A DNA stretch of 62,442 nt, counting the filler, from Chiloscyllium plagiosum (Eukaryota): NCBI RefSeq assembly GCF_004010195.1. It is 3 parts of one record of this genome, joined end to end, with 100 filler letters (N's around TTAATTAATTAA, not from the genome) between each part and the next. Parts side by side here need not be neighbours in the genome. Positions count along the whole stretch, not along the records: positions 1 to 22,409 come from NC_057713.1; 2 more parts are not named here. The stretch is one strand, 5' to 3'. The position numbers and the translations under genes are program-made. The notes under the pieces are model-generated. The model was not told the DNA's origin. It saw nothing but the letters and a program-made list of their open reading frames with translations, and ran no database searches. Positions 1 through 12,605 of the stretch are shown piece after piece (the stretch's first letter is position 1; each line of letters opens with the position of its first letter).

Positions 1-222
1 GTGTGTGTGAGAGTGTGCGTGTGTTTGTGTGTGCATGTGAGAGTGAGCGCGTGTGTGTGTGTGAGAGAGTGTTCGTGTGTTTGTGTGTGAACGTGTGTGT
101 GTGAGAGTGTGCGTGTGTTTGTGTGTGTGTGTGCATGTGAGAGTGTGAGCGCGTGTTTGTGTGTGTGTGCATGTGAGAGTGTGAGCGCGTGTTCGTGTGT
201 GAGAGAGTGTGAGCGTGTGTGT
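1..222. repeat. compound (GT)n/(GA)n microsatellite
   Basis: Direct inspection; explains the Cys/Val-rich ORF 97..336. Confidence 0.95.
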
Positions 223-919
223 CAGCAGAATAAACACAGGGGAGAAGGAACCAAAGACTGCCCTTGCATTTTCGCTGCAAACAAAGGAACGTTTGGACGA
301 AGGAGAATTTATCATACACCACCAAGAGATTTCTAAATAGAGAAGACATTTCCCACAGTACATGCCAGAATTTCAGCCAGACAGCAAGCCCAGGCCAGAA
401 GCTTACTCGCTCAGTGTGGGGGCAAGTAGTATTAACATAACGCCACATCATGCAGACCAGAAAGCAAAAGCCGTTTCTCAGTAGAATGAAGAGAGTGAGA
501 GAGAGAGATCTTTTATATCCAGGAGCTCTTCTTCCACCCCTCCCCCTCAAAATAATATTGACCATTGCCCTGTATCGTATATACAATCGCACTGAGAAAT
601 TCTTACTGCCTGGACCCAATCACAATTTACAATCTTTACCAGGATTTGTGAGGGTCATCACGACAGCCCATCCAATGGAGCAGGGAGTATCTGGCCAAAT
701 CTCACTGACTTCAGAGCACCCGCCTGATAAAACACATTTAGTTTTCCCTCTCTCTCCACAACAAACCCTAGCTGTTACCTTACCCCATCAACCGAGCAAA
801 GCACAGTAACATTAAGGGTTTCCAGACTGGGCTGAGAGGACCATACCCACCTGGCAGGACAACACTACTTGGCAACTCACTGCTATTGCTGGGAGCCAGA
901 ATTCAACAGACAGAATTTC

Positions 920-1265
920 ACAGGCCATTCAGCCCATCTGATCTGTACTGATATTCAGAAGGGTCGTTCTCCTGGTCGGGCCTGCTCCGCCATTTAAAAT
1001 AATCATGGCTGATCTCACCTCAGCCTCAACTCCCCCTTTCCTGCCCGGTCCCCATAACCCGCCAACCTGTTACTGATTAAAAATCTGTCTGTCCCCTCCT
1101 TAAACATACTCAGCATCCCAGCATCCCCCAGCGAGTGGATTCCACAGACTCACGACCCTTTGAGAGAAGTCATTCTTCCCCATCTCTGTTTTGAATCTGT
1201 CCAAGCCTTATCCTAAAGCTACGACCTCTCGTTCCAAATTGCCCCCACATGACGGAACATCCTCA
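920..1265 (-). mobile_element. CR1-type LINE 3' fragment, degraded
   Basis: caggccattcagcccatc ... ttccacagactcacgaccctttgagagaag is the reverse complement of a typical CR1 ORF2 end and 3'UTR. Confidence 0.75.
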
Positions 1266-1371
1266 TAAGTCCAGGATGTCACTGTTGTCTATAAAACGCA
1301 AAGGTATACAAGCAAGGAAACGGAATTCTCAGATTCTGTTACCTGCTGAAAATAAATAATAATAAACCTTC

Positions 1372-1607
1372 TGTAGCGATTGTAAAGGGGTCAGGCAGGT
1401 GCATCTCATAGAATCAGAGTTCCCTGAATGGGGCTGTTAATCTGGTCCAATCAGGGAGCCCTGGCTGACAGATAGAAACAGGCATGTCAGAGGTTTTGTT
1501 CATTCTGAGAGCTGGCTCTGAGGGAGCTGGATCAGTGTCTGGGACTCTACACGTGTGAATAAAGGGGAACTCGGTAATGGGATACCGACCTCTGTGGAGT
1601 TATTTCA
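1372..1607 (+). mobile_element. probable solo LTR (Gypsy-like)
   Basis: TGTA...TTCA termini, internal CCAAT, AATAAA at 1558-1563; no internal domain follows; no clean TSD. Confidence 0.55.
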
Positions 1608-2327
1608 TGTTCTTTTCTGTATTCAGATGCTACAACGTTGGTAATTTCTGCTTGTCTCTATCTTCATACTCCATACGGATGATCCTCCTCCACACTCCTG
1701 CTGTTTCTCCACACACAATTCTTTTAATATCAAAACATTTTAAACTGTACTAATCTCTAACTCATGTACTCCTTTCTCCCTCATGTGTTGCAGCTACATT
1801 ATTCACCTGAAGCAGATCAGTCCTGCACTTACTGACTCCTAGGTCATATATTCCAAGTCCTGCTTCCCATGGGAGCGAGTTCCATGTCTGCACCACTCTC
1901 TGGATAAAGAATCTTTTCCTGAGTTCCCGATTGGATTTGTGAGCGACACTCTTGTATTCACAGCCTCCTAGTTCTGCTCTTGTCTATGTTGACTGTATTA
2001 AATGCTCCCAGAATTTTACATCTGTCTTTTTCCGAGGCGTTTCTGAGCTTTTTTGAGCAATTGTTCTCAAAATTACAAACAAAAACCAAACAGACGTTTC
2101 AGCAGCAGAAGTTTGTATGAAGCGACTGACAGTGTAGTCTGGTCTACAAGTGCAGAGCCAAATGGAAACACTCTGCAGAACTCATGTATCATCCCCTTTC
2201 AGACAAGCTCACTGCTGACCAGATAGGTACTGTCTCCTGAACCCTGTCTATTCCATCACTCTCTAAATAAAGCATTAGGAAGGCTGCTTGCCAATGTACA
2301 TTGCTTACTATTGCTGCACAAGCTCTC

Positions 2328-2606
2328 CACACACACACACACATACATGTACACACACACACACGCGCACACACACGCAGATGTACACACATACACGCGC
2401 ACACACACAACACATGCGCACACACACATATGCACATACATGCATGCACACACGCACACACATGCACATATACACCACATGTATACACACACACATGCAT
2501 GCACACACACATATACATACACATATGCACACACACACATGCACACACACACACACGCATGCACACACACATGCATGTGTGCACACATACACAAACACAT
2601 ACACAG
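2328..2606. repeat. degenerate (CA)n microsatellite
   Basis: Direct inspection; explains the His/Thr and Cys/Val ORFs. Confidence 0.95.
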
Positions 2607-2819
2607 AGGGAGAGAGATGGGGGAAGCAGATGTAGTCCATTCAGCCTACACCTTGAGTAAGACTTGCATTTCTTTAGCCCGGTCCACAAGTCCATGGTGT
2701 CCTGAGGGGCCTCCCCACCCACTTGTAGAGGAGCAGGCGCTGTTCTAATGTAGGGAACATGGCAGGCAATCAGCAAAATTCCACAAAGCGCAATGCAACA
2801 ATGACCAGATAAAGACTGT

Positions 2820-3110
2820 AAGGCATAGGAGCAGATATAGGCCATTCAGCCCATCGAGCCATTCAGCCCATTGGGTCTGCTCCACCACTCAATGGGATCA
2901 CGGCTGATCTGATAATCCTCACCTCCACCTTCCCGCCTTTTCCCCACGACCCTTGATTCTCTTCCTGATTAAAAAATCTGTCTGTCTCAGCCTTGAATAT
3001 ACTCAATGACCCAGCCTCGACAGCCCTCTGTGGTGAGGAATTCCACAGACTCTGAGAGAAGAAATTCCTCCTCAACTCTGCCTTAGCTGGGGGACCTGTT
3101 ACTCTGAGAT
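2820..3110 (-). mobile_element. CR1-type LINE 3' end
   Basis: Minus ORF RRNFFSQSLWNSSPQRAVEAGSLSIFKAETDRF is a CR1 ORF2 C-terminus, followed by 3'UTR. Confidence 0.85.
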
Positions 3111-4019
3111 GAACTGGCTACTGCAGTGGGTTGTGGGGGGGGGATAAGAGTTGCCAAAATGAGTTTCTGCTCTCTTTATCAAGCTGAGTAATGTTGTAGG
3201 GAGCCTGAAACAAGGAGAGGGTCTGATGGCGTTAGCGAGACTCTGAGAATGGAGTACAGTTTATGTGGAAACAGATCGGGAAAATGGGGACTGCTTCCCC
3301 TGGAGAACAGAAGGAGACGCGATCAAGGTGTTCATAGGGATGAACCATTCCCATTGGGACAAGGACCAAGAAAGAGAAGAGACAGGACTATCAAAACAAG
3401 CAACAGTGACAAAAGCAGAAACGTACTTTGACAGCGAGTGTTTGGGGTATGGAATGAGTGGTGGTGGTAGAATCGGTCAGGGCTTCTAAGAGGGATTTGA
3501 GTTGTTGATCGAACCCAGACAGGAAGAAACAGGCAGGGACAATGCAGGAGAATGGGACTGGGTAAGTAGAGATCCAGAACATCCAGGATGGGATGAATGG
3601 CTTCCTTCTGTAGCTGTTTTGTCACTACATTTGTAGGAAGTTGGGGCAGAAACATCTTCGACAACCTGCTCTGAATCGAGGCATTCTGTCATGATTTTGC
3701 CTGGGTGGAATCTAGTTAAAAACCAACATTTTGATAAAAGGAGCTACGGAGTTTGAGTTAAATTATCCGATTCAATTAGTGCTAGTGATTGGAAGCAGAA
3801 ACTGTTAAAATATGTGAAACCAGAGGATTTAATGAGGAAAGCAATTGCTGCGTTTCCACTCTTTAGAATTCAGGTCATTTTTCCTTCGGGCATTTTCGTG
3901 CATCTTAAACAAATCTCTCGTCTGGAAACACATTCTGAGGTGTTTACGATGAGGTGACTGGAGAAACCAGGGTGGGCCCGGCAAAAACCAGAGATCAAAC
4001 GGGAAACACAGGGGAGGGA

Positions 4020-4722
4020 GATTATGGAGAAAAGTAAAGGTGTGGAGATGGATGGATGGGATTGGGGACGAAACAGAGAGAGGAGAGGGAGAGGGGTGGA
4101 GGGGAGATATTGGAGAAGGTGAGTGCGGAAGAGAATAGTGCGGAGGGGAGGTTGTAGAGAGGTTGGGAGGAGTGGGGAATGGAAAAAAGGACAACAGTAG
4201 GGAGGAGAGGAGTGAGGAAGGGAGGGTAGNNNNNNNNNNNNNNNNNNNNNNNNNNNNNNNNNNNNNNNNNNNNNNNNNNNNNNNNNNNNNNNNNNNNNNN
4301 NNNNNNNNNNNNNNNNNNNNNNNNNNNNNNNNNNNNNNNNNNNNNNNNNNNNNNNNNNNNNNNNNNNNNNNNNNNNNNNNNNNNNNNNNNNNNNNNNNNN
4401 NNNNNNNNNNNNNNNNNNNNNNNNNNNNNNNNNNNNNNNNNNNNNNNNNNNNNNNNNNNNNNNNNNNNNNNNNNNNNNNNNNNNNNNNNNNNNNNNNNNN
4501 NNNNNNNNNNNNNNNNNNNNNNNNNNNNNNNNNNNNNNNNNNNNNNNNNNNNNNNNNNNNNNNNNNNNNNNNNNNNNNNNNNNNNNNNNNNNNNNNNNNN
4601 NNNNNNNNNGGGAACGGTGGTGAGGTGAGGGGATGGGGAGGGTGGAGAGGTGAGGGGATGGGGGAAGGTGGCGAGGTGAGGGGACAGAGGTGGGGGGATG
4701 GGATGAGGATGGGGAGCGTGAG
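4020..4722. repeat. purine-rich low-complexity tract spanning a 380-N gap (4230-4609)
   Basis: GGA/GGT-rich sequence on both sides of the N run. Confidence 0.9.
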
Positions 4723-4887
4723 GATCACAGCTGCTGCTTTTTGGTTTGAGTAAATCTTTCCAGCCCATAAACCAACTCGCAGGAGGGAGTCACTCAAAAC
4801 CATGCCACCCAGCTGACAGCGATTCTTTAACAGGAAACGTGTCGATTACCAGGGCATCTTCCATCGTACCCATCATTGTTTTAGCAG

Positions 4888-5042
4888 GTGAAGTCCGAGT
4901 GAGTCAGCGACCCTGGAGAAAAGGCAGCTGGCCATCAGGAGCTGGGAGATAGCTCTGGAAGACCGATACCAGGACATGTTTGAAGGGAATTTAACGCAGC
5001 CTCCTGACGGCTTCACCTCACCAGTTACTGGCTTTTTATCTG
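4888..5042 (+). CDS. candidate exon (5'UTR plus start codon) encoding MFEGNLTQPPDGFTSPVTGFLS
   Basis: Acceptor ttgttttagcag| at 4887, donor ctg|gtgagt at 5043, ATG at 4976 (gacATGt), non-repetitive context. All three frames have a stop within the exon, so it cannot be a fully coding internal exon. Protein not recognised. Confidence 0.3.
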
Positions 5043-5354
5043 GTGAGTGTAGAGTCTCCGAGGAGGATGGCGCCAGTGCTGCACTGGCACAGATCTCTCG
5101 ATGAGGTGTGCGACCCAATCACGGCATGTCTCCCCACAAACGTGGCTGAGGGATTGAGGTCAAGTGAAATTCACAAAACCAAGCCAGTCATATTTTTTGT
5201 TGTCTACAGATCTCAAGGGCTACGGACAGAGGCAGGGAGATAAAATAACGGCTCAGCCTTCACTGAAGGAGGGACTGAATGGCCTCCCCATAGTTCTCAT
5301 ATGGCACTCAAAGAAGTTCTCTCAGTTTGCAAGTTATTAAAAAAAAAGTGACCA

Positions 5355-5860
5355 GTTGCTGCCAGTGGTGGGATCTTGCTCTGTACAAAATGTCTGCCAG
5401 GCCTGCCTACAAAACAGCAGTTATTGCATCGCGAGGTGTGCAGCAAAGTCACATGGTCGGTGAGGCATTTCTGAGGGACAGTCAGGTACAGGAGGAAGGA
5501 AATCCTGACCTTTCACTCTCTCTCAGAATGATCACTTAACATCAAACCCATTCGAGAGCCTGCTGCATGAGATCTCTCCTTTCGTACACTGCTACAACTG
5601 GATTTCTATAGCGCCTTTCAAGCCCAAGTGCTTCATGATCAGTGAAGTGAGCTCACCATTGTCAGGTAGGGTTGTGCGGTGGGTAATTTATGCACAGCAA
5701 ACTCCCACTGGCCAGCAATGGCAGTAATCTGTTTCCGTTGTGGTTGTTCAGATGTAAATATTCGTACCTGGACAGAGGGACAAGTACACTTCTTTGATCA
5801 AGGGACCACGTCTCCAATCTAACACCCAGCTGAGGAAGCAGGCGTGACTGTGGTTTAACA
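5355..5860. mobile_element. two old DeuSINE-like (SacSINE1/AmnSINE1-related) fragments in opposite orientations
   Basis: gtgggatcttgctctgtacaaaatgtctgc (+, ~5370-5400) and tttatgcacagcaaactcccac...cagcaatg (-, ~5690-5720) resemble the Deu central domain. Confidence 0.5.
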
Positions 5861-6129
5861 CTACTGCTGGCCTCAGCACAAGAGATTACAGTTAGACTGA
5901 CTCAGCCGTTTCCCTCCCCTTAGCCCTGCACAACTCCCCTGATGTCCAACGATTTCTCCAATTCCTCTTTTGCATCAGCCTCCTCTCAAGCAGCACCTTC
6001 CAGATCACAACAACTTGCTGCTGAAAGAATTCTTCCCTCGTGTCACCATTTGCTGACTGAGTTTAAACTCTGCTCACTGAAGCTTGAATCCAGAAATGAA
6101 CACTTATCCCTTTGCACTATCGGAGATGC

Positions 6130-7335
6130 TGAACATCTCCACCCAACTCTTGAACACTAACTATCTGCATCAACTATTTCCATTTGCAATGTTCAAATGA
6201 GTGCCAGGGAATGACCATCTCCAATTCCCCCACTATCAATATCATTGACCAGAAACTCAACTCGACTGTCCATATAAAGTCAGAAGTGTGTGCAATTCTG
6301 GTCTCCTTCCTATCAGAAAGATGTTGTGTTCAGAAAAGATTTACAAGGAGGTTGCCAGGGTTGGAAGATTTCAGCTATAGGGAGAGGCTGAACAGGCTGG
6401 GGCTGTTTTCCCTGGAGCGTCGGAGGCTGAGGGGTGACCTTATAGAGGTTTATAAAATTATGAAGTGCATGGATATGATAAATAGACAAAGTCTTTAATA
6501 GGAAGGGTTTGAAGGGATATGGGCCAGGTGCTGGCAGGTGGGACTAGATTGGGTTGGGATATCTGGTCAGCATGGACAGGTTGGACCGAAGGGTCTGTTT
6601 CCATGCTGTACATCTCTATGACTTTATGACTCTAAGTCACACGACAGTTTCAAGGTTTACTTTCAAGTGTCTCCACATCATTGATGTCATATAAATGTAG
6701 TGGCTACAAGAGCACACCACAGGCTAGGAATACTGCAGTGAGTAACTCACCTTGCAACTACTCAAAGCCTGTCCACCATCTACAAGGCACGAGTCAGGAT
6801 TGTGATGGAATACTCTGCATTTGTGCTGGCTAGCTCCAACAACACTCATGAAACTTGACACCATCCAGGACAAAGCAGCCCCCACTTGAGTGGCCTTACA
6901 TCCACAAGCATCCGCTCCCTCCACCACCGAAGTTCTGTAGCAGCAGTGTGTACTGTAGCAGCAGTGTGTACTGTAGCAGCAGTGTGTACCATCTACAAGA
7001 TGCACTGCAGAAATTTACCAAAGATCCTCAGACAGCACCTTCCAAACCCACAACCACTTCCATCTAGAAGGACAAGGGCAACAGTTACATGGGAACCCCA
7101 CCCCCTGCAAGTTCCCCTCCAAGCCCCTCACCATCCTGACTTGGAAATACATCACCGTTCCTTCAGTGTCGCTGGGTCAGAATCCCGGAAACTCCCTCCC
7201 TCAGAGAATTGTCTAACTATAGGACATGGAGCGGTTCAAGAAGGCAACTCTCTACCACCTTCTCAAGGGGCATCTAGGGACGGGCAATAAATGCTGGGCC
7301 CAGCTAGTGATACCCATGTCCCATGAGTGAATTAA
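6130..7335 (+). mobile_element. CR1-group LINE 'family B' 3' region, interrupted by a CR1/HER1 3' fragment (~6280-6635)
   Basis: IYKA..VMEYS..LDTIQDKA thumb region and tail ...ctagggacgggcaataaatgctgggcccag; the nested fragment encodes QKRFTRRLPGLEDFSYRERLNRLGLFSLERRRLRGDLIEVYKI and ends in ctatgact repeats. Confidence 0.85.
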
Positions 7336-8689
7336 GAAGTTGCAGTCGTGCATTTTAATGCATTTACAGACTTGTACTTCCTGCATCTGACAGGTTACCA
7401 GCATCCTTCCCAAAATGCAAAGTCATGCGAGCAACTCCTGCAGGAATGAAGAAATTGACTGAGATTCTAGCTGGCTGTTTCCCTGCTTGCTGAGATATTC
7501 TTCAAAATGTCAATCACCAACAGTTTACTGAGACAATGTTCTTACACTGGGAAGAAAGAGGGCTGTTTTTTATGTATACACGGGGCTGTATTCACTTCAA
7601 AGTTGTGCTGAACTTGGCAGTGGGGGCTGCTGAGAGAGAGTAAGCGTACCTTGTCTTACACTCTCTTATGGCTCAGGGCATTGAGCAGTCTGGAAGTTCA
7701 AACTCTCTCTGATTATTTAGCTCGGGTCTCTTCAGAACGATTCCTCAGTGTCATTTCCAAAACAAAACAGCAAACTGCAGGTACCTTGCCCTGACAAAAC
7801 CACAACCATAGCCTGAAGATCTTAATCCATCAAAACTCGTTTATAAACTGACACAACACTGTAAAATCCAATGGTTTTCTGATTTACTGTTGTGTGGACA
7901 GGTCTCAGCTCCTGCAGCTAACTGACCTCTCACACAGTATACATTTTTCATGCACTTTTCAATAATACAGAAATCATATAATAAGGACTTCTCATTGTGG
8001 GATACACTTGTGGCCCTCAGTACAGTTGTCAGAAACAGAATTGTGTCATGGGGTTAACCTCCTTCTCCCTTATAGCATCCGTACTGGGTATCACAAATAT
8101 CATTTCAGAATTCTAATTCTGCCTAATTAAACCTGCTTCATCTGATGCATTAGTTAGAAAGACTGTAGAAAGCCCCATCGGATACCTCCCTAAGTCCCAG
8201 CTTTTGTATGCTATCGCATCCATACTATTTGATGCTCCAGGCTTCCATCTCAGGCACACATAAGAGAGATGTCTCAGTTGTTGAATATAATCTGGTCCAC
8301 GCTTATCAAAAATCGTCACACACTCCTTTTGTCCCGGGTCTAATTATGTGCCGAGTTTTTAATACGTGTTTTGTGGAAGGGTTTGATGAGCTTTAGCAGA
8401 AATGGTGGCCTTTCTCTCTCCAGCAGAATACCGACTCTGACTGTGTGGGTGTGGGGACATCAAGAGTTACTGGTAGGGGGGGGGTGATCTCCTGAGTTGA
8501 ACTGAGTGAGGACCCACAGGACTTCTCATTGCATCTGGGAAAGATCAGGGTTTACACTCCCCTCTCACTGCAATCCCTCCCTCAGGGAGATAAACGCTGG
8601 CCAAATTTACAACATCGTACATTTCTGCAGCACCACCGAAATGGCTAAATGTTCCAAACAGCAATTGTCAGAGTTGACACTGTGCGACA

Positions 8690-9060
8690 TAGGGAGACAT
8701 TAGGACAAAGGATGGGTGAAGTTTTTGAAGGATACAGAGGCAGAGAGGTCTTTGCCATTGTTGGTGGTTCCTCAGTTTGAAGCTGTTACCTCCTCAGGGT
8801 TCGGAGTTTCTCACGAGGGTCTTTGTGAAGGGGGAAGAAAGGAAGGAGTCTCAGAGTCCAGTCAGCTGAAGGTGGTGGGGGCAATTGAAATCAGGAGAGG
8901 GGCAAGAGGCCAGAACTGGAGGGGCACAGAGATCTCCAGAGGGGTCAAGGAGATTGCTGAGGTAGGGAGGGTCGAAACTTTGGAGGGATTAGAAACGAGA
9001 ATGAGAGTTTTAAAGCGGGGGTGTCCTCAGACCAGGAACAATGAACAAAGGGTATTGTTC
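8690..9060 (-). mobile_element. old L2-like LINE fragment
   Basis: Degenerate similarity (ggagggattagaaacgagaatgagagttttaaa) to L2 ORF2 end on the minus strand. Confidence 0.45.
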
Positions 9061-9069
9061 CGAAGATAA

Positions 9070-9230
9070 TGAGGTGCTGGTATTGGACTGGGGTGGACAG
9101 GGTCAGAAATCACACAACATCAGGTTATAGTCCACTTCACCTGACGAAGGGGCGATGTTCCGAAAGCTTGTGATTTCAAATAAACTTGTTGGTTTATAAC
9201 CTGGTGTCGTGTGACTTCTGATATGGTCCA
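9070..9230. mobile_element. palindromic PLE-derived mini-element (family C)
   Basis: Inverted arms tcagaaatcacacaacatcaggttatagtcca / tggtttataacctggtgtcgtgtgacttctga around a hammerhead core; a half copy lies at ~39889-39972. Confidence 0.7.
9137..9173 (+). ncRNA. minimal type I hammerhead ribozyme motif
   Basis: stem I tcac/gtga; CTGACGA 9141-9147; stem II ggggc-gat-gttcc; GAAA 9162-9165; self-complementary stem III AAGCTT; CUU site. Confidence 0.7.
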
Positions 9231-10448
9231 AGTCAGGGACTGGAACAAGTCATGCCGGTCTTACCAGTGACACCTACGTCTCAGTAAAGGCTAAAGAGAA
9301 CCAAACCCTACCCCAACCAGGTTTTCCTTCAGTTACCTGGCCTCTTTACCCTGGACACTGTGCAAGTATCTTGGAACGTTCAATAGGGGACTCAGTAACT
9401 GGTTGAAAAGGCAAAGCAGGAACAGGATGATCAGCCATGATCCTATTGAATGTCAGAGCAGACTCGAAGGGCCGAATGGCCTCCTCCTGCTCCCAGTTTT
9501 CATGTTTCTGAAGGATAAACTGCAGGGCTCTGGGACAAGAATTGGGGAATCAATGGATGGCTCTGTCAACCATAGGCATACTGGGCTGAATGGCCTCAGT
9601 TGATGCCTGAATGCAGATGTTTCATGAGGAAGGTTATGTCTTTTTTTGGAATCAGGTACTCCAGGTTCTTGTGTACAGAGTGGCTGACTAAATAACAACA
9701 TTACTGCCAGTTTCTGTGGGGCTGTGTCCTGGTCTCCACACCTTCTTCCCAGTGTTATACATTCACCCTGCTATTGTTCAGTAACTGTTCCTCATCTCAC
9801 TCTCACCAGGGACACAACTATTTTTGATTAAATTAACTTATTCATGAGCCTCATGTCCGTATTCCACTCGCACTATCGTCAACACAATCATTATTTATCT
9901 ACTTTTAAATCAGGCATGCTCCGAGTTCATAATGTAGCCACTGATAGCCACCGTGAGCAATCAGACAGTGCTGAGGGTGAGGCTTGCAAGCATGTTTTCA
10001 CCAGACAGGGCAGACAGCAGGATATATAGAAACAACCATCCGCATTACTGTCCTTCATTCATTCCACACAATCGTACAGAGCTCTACAACAGTTCCACGA
10101 ACACTCAGGTAGCTGCTGGGGTAAGCACTGATCAACTGTAATGGCATCACAGCATTGCCACACTGCACCCAACTCCAGGAAGCCAGCCCTAACTTCTCTC
10201 CACACTTCTGCATCAAGGGTTGATGAGGAAAATTGAGGTAGGAGCATCGTGGGGCTGACCTGCAATGACATCAATGGTCAGGGGCATGTGGGCGAAGCCG
10301 GTATCGTCACCGTCTCTGAGCCAGAAGACGAGATGGGCCGAAGAGCCTCTTCTGTGCTGTATGACTGGACAGCCAGGGAAGGTGTGCTCAGTCAAGGACA
10401 TCAAGGCATGTGCAATGACCATGTGTAAGACAGGGACTCAAGTACATG

Positions 10449-10775
10449 GGGTGGCATGGTGGCTCAGTGATTAACACTGCTGCCTCACAGCCCCAAGGGC
10501 CCAGGTTCGATTCCAGCCTCAGGCGACTTCTGTGTGGAGTCTGTACATTCTTCCCATGTCTGTGTGGGTTTCCTCCCACAATCCAAAGATGTGCAGGTCA
10601 GGTGAACTGGCCATGCTAAATTGCCCATAGTGTTCAGGAATGTGTAGGTTAGGTGCATTAGTTGGGTGTAGATTTCGGGTAGGGTGAATAGGTCTGGGTG
10701 AGTTACTCTTCAGAGGGACAGTGTGGACTTATTGGGCCGAAGGGCTTGTTTCCGTACTTAGGGAACCTATTCTAT
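10449..10775 (+). mobile_element. HE1-type V-SINE
   Basis: tRNA head (A box tggctcagtg, B box ggttcgattcc), V-domain tgtgtggagt...tttcctcccaca, CR1-like tail gggccgaagggc. Confidence 0.9.
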
Positions 10776-11074
10776 GGGTGGCACAGTGGTTAGCACTGCT
10801 GCCTCACAGCGCCAGAGAGCCGGGTTCAATTCCCGCCTCAGGCGACTGACTGTGTGGAGTTTGCACATTCTCCCCATGTCTGCGTGGGTTTCCTCCGGGT
10901 GCTCCGGTTTCCTCCCACAATCCAAAGATGTGCAGGTTAGGTGAATTGGCCCGTAGTGTTAGGTGAAGGGGTAAATGTAGGGGAATGGGTCTGGGTGGGT
11001 TGCGCTTCGGCAGGTCGGTATGGACTTGTTGGGCTGAAGGGCCTGTTTCCACACCATAAGTAATCTAATCTAAT
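10776..11074 (+). mobile_element. HE1-type V-SINE, near full length
   Basis: gggtggcacagtggttagc head, ggttcaattcc B box, intact V-domain, (taatc)n tail. Confidence 0.93.
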
Positions 11075-11645
11075 TACATGCACCTAATGAATACTCAGTC
11101 TTGAGTTGCTAGCTCTGTTCCTAGTCTGTCCCATTTAGCACAGTGATTGTTTCACACAACACAATGAAGGTTATTCTCTATGTGAAAGTGCGACTTCATC
11201 TCCACAAGGACAGTGCCGTGGTCTCTCTTAACAATACGGTCATGGACAAAAGCATCTGCAGTCGGCAGATTGGGAAGGATGAGGTCAAATATGTTTTTCT
11301 CTCCCTTTTGGTTTCCTCACCACCTGCCGCAGACCGAGTTTAGCAGCTATGTCTTTTACGACCTGACCAGCTCGATCAGTAGTACTGCTGCCGAGCCACT
11401 CTTGGTGGTGGACAGTGAAATCCTCATTATACCCCACTCCGCCCTTGCCACCCTCAATGGCTCCTCCAAATGTTGCTCAACATGGAGGAGTACCGACTCA
11501 TCAGCCGAGGGAGGATGGCACATGGTAATCAGCAGGAGGCGACCTTGCCCACGTTTAATCTGAGGCCATGAGACGTCATGGGGTCCAAAGTCAATGTTGG
11601 GGACTCGCAGGACAACTCCCTCCCAACTGTACACCACTGTGCTGG
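11075..11645 (-). mobile_element. CR1-group LINE ORF2 apurinic endonuclease fragment
   Basis: Minus ORF VYSWEGVVL..PHDVSWPQIKRGQGRLLLITMCHPPSADESVLLHVEQHLEE resembles the APE region around the YRPP motif. Confidence 0.75.
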
Positions 11646-12234
11646 ATATGTCCTGCTGCTAGAGGAATGTGCCCATGAATTCTTTCCTGTCATTTGTCTC
11701 TGTTTCAACAATAATGGAGGTTAAAGTTGTCCTTACACTCTCCCAGTCTGGATCCATTCTGGGGTGGCATCAAGGTTGAGAAATGCCACTTAGAACTGAG
11801 GCAGCGCCAATTCTGAATTTGAAGCAAACTGTAGGAAGTGCCTTCCAAGTGGGTGACTTTACGACATTCTCATTGTGTTGACAACGCTGGGGAATTCCCT
11901 CTCTTTGTCTTTTGTTCCTGAGTGACCCACAGCCTGTTCAGGTACTCAAGGTATTCCGTGGTTCGAAAGAACTTCGTTTATTCACAATCCTTTTGCGATA
12001 TCTGACTGACAGGTTTGTGGACAGCTAACTCCCTCGCTAGTTCCCAGCAGGTCTCATTAATGCGGTTATGTGATGATTCAGTCGTAATCAGAGCTGTGGA
12101 TCTGCACAGCACAAATGATCACGTTTCTCCTTTCTGTGAAAGGACAACTCCGCTCAGCACGCATTTAAAATCCGATCTGCATACGACCATTCAACACTCA
12201 CTCCCAACACCCCTGGAGACAAACTGTCTTACAC

Positions 12235-12605
12235 ATAGGGGCTGCTCTCTCATTACAGAGAGACAACTGGTGGTGGTTTAGCCTGAGGGTCACCTCACCT
12301 CAGGCCAGAGGAGAGGTTGAGAAGGAGAGGAATTGAACCCACAATGCTGGCATTACTGTGTATCATTCCAGCTTTGGGCGACTGTCTGTGTGCAGTTTAC
12401 ACATTCTCCTCGTGTCTGCGTGGGTTTCTTCCCACAGTCCAAAGATGTGCAGGTCAAGTGAATTGGCCACGCTAAATTGCCCACAGTGTTAGGTGCATTA
12501 GTCAGAGGGAAATGGCTCTGAGTTGGTTACTCTTCAGAGGGTCGGTGTGGACCTGTTGGGCCGAAGGGCCTGTTTCCATACTGTAGGGAATCTAATCTAA
12601 TCTAT
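12235..12605. mobile_element. tRNA-SINE 'family D' fragment (-, ~12235-12360) joined to a 5'-truncated HE1 SINE (+, ~12366-12605)
   Basis: ggctgctctctcattacagagagacaactggtggtggtttagcctgagg, then V-domain and (taatc)n tail. Confidence 0.8.

Noticed and set aside
2189..2845. His/Thr- and Cys/Val-rich ORFs here and near 27.3, 28.2, 38.1, 41.4 and 53.0 kb
   Set aside because: Dinucleotide microsatellite translations.
3829..4803. Long ORFs of 196-324 aa
   Set aside because: They run through a 380-N gap and low-complexity sequence.
10776..10850. tRNA genes at SINE heads (also 23525, 29766, 49634, 55587)
   Set aside because: A and B boxes are present but continue into SINE bodies; no complete cloverleaf or terminator seen.
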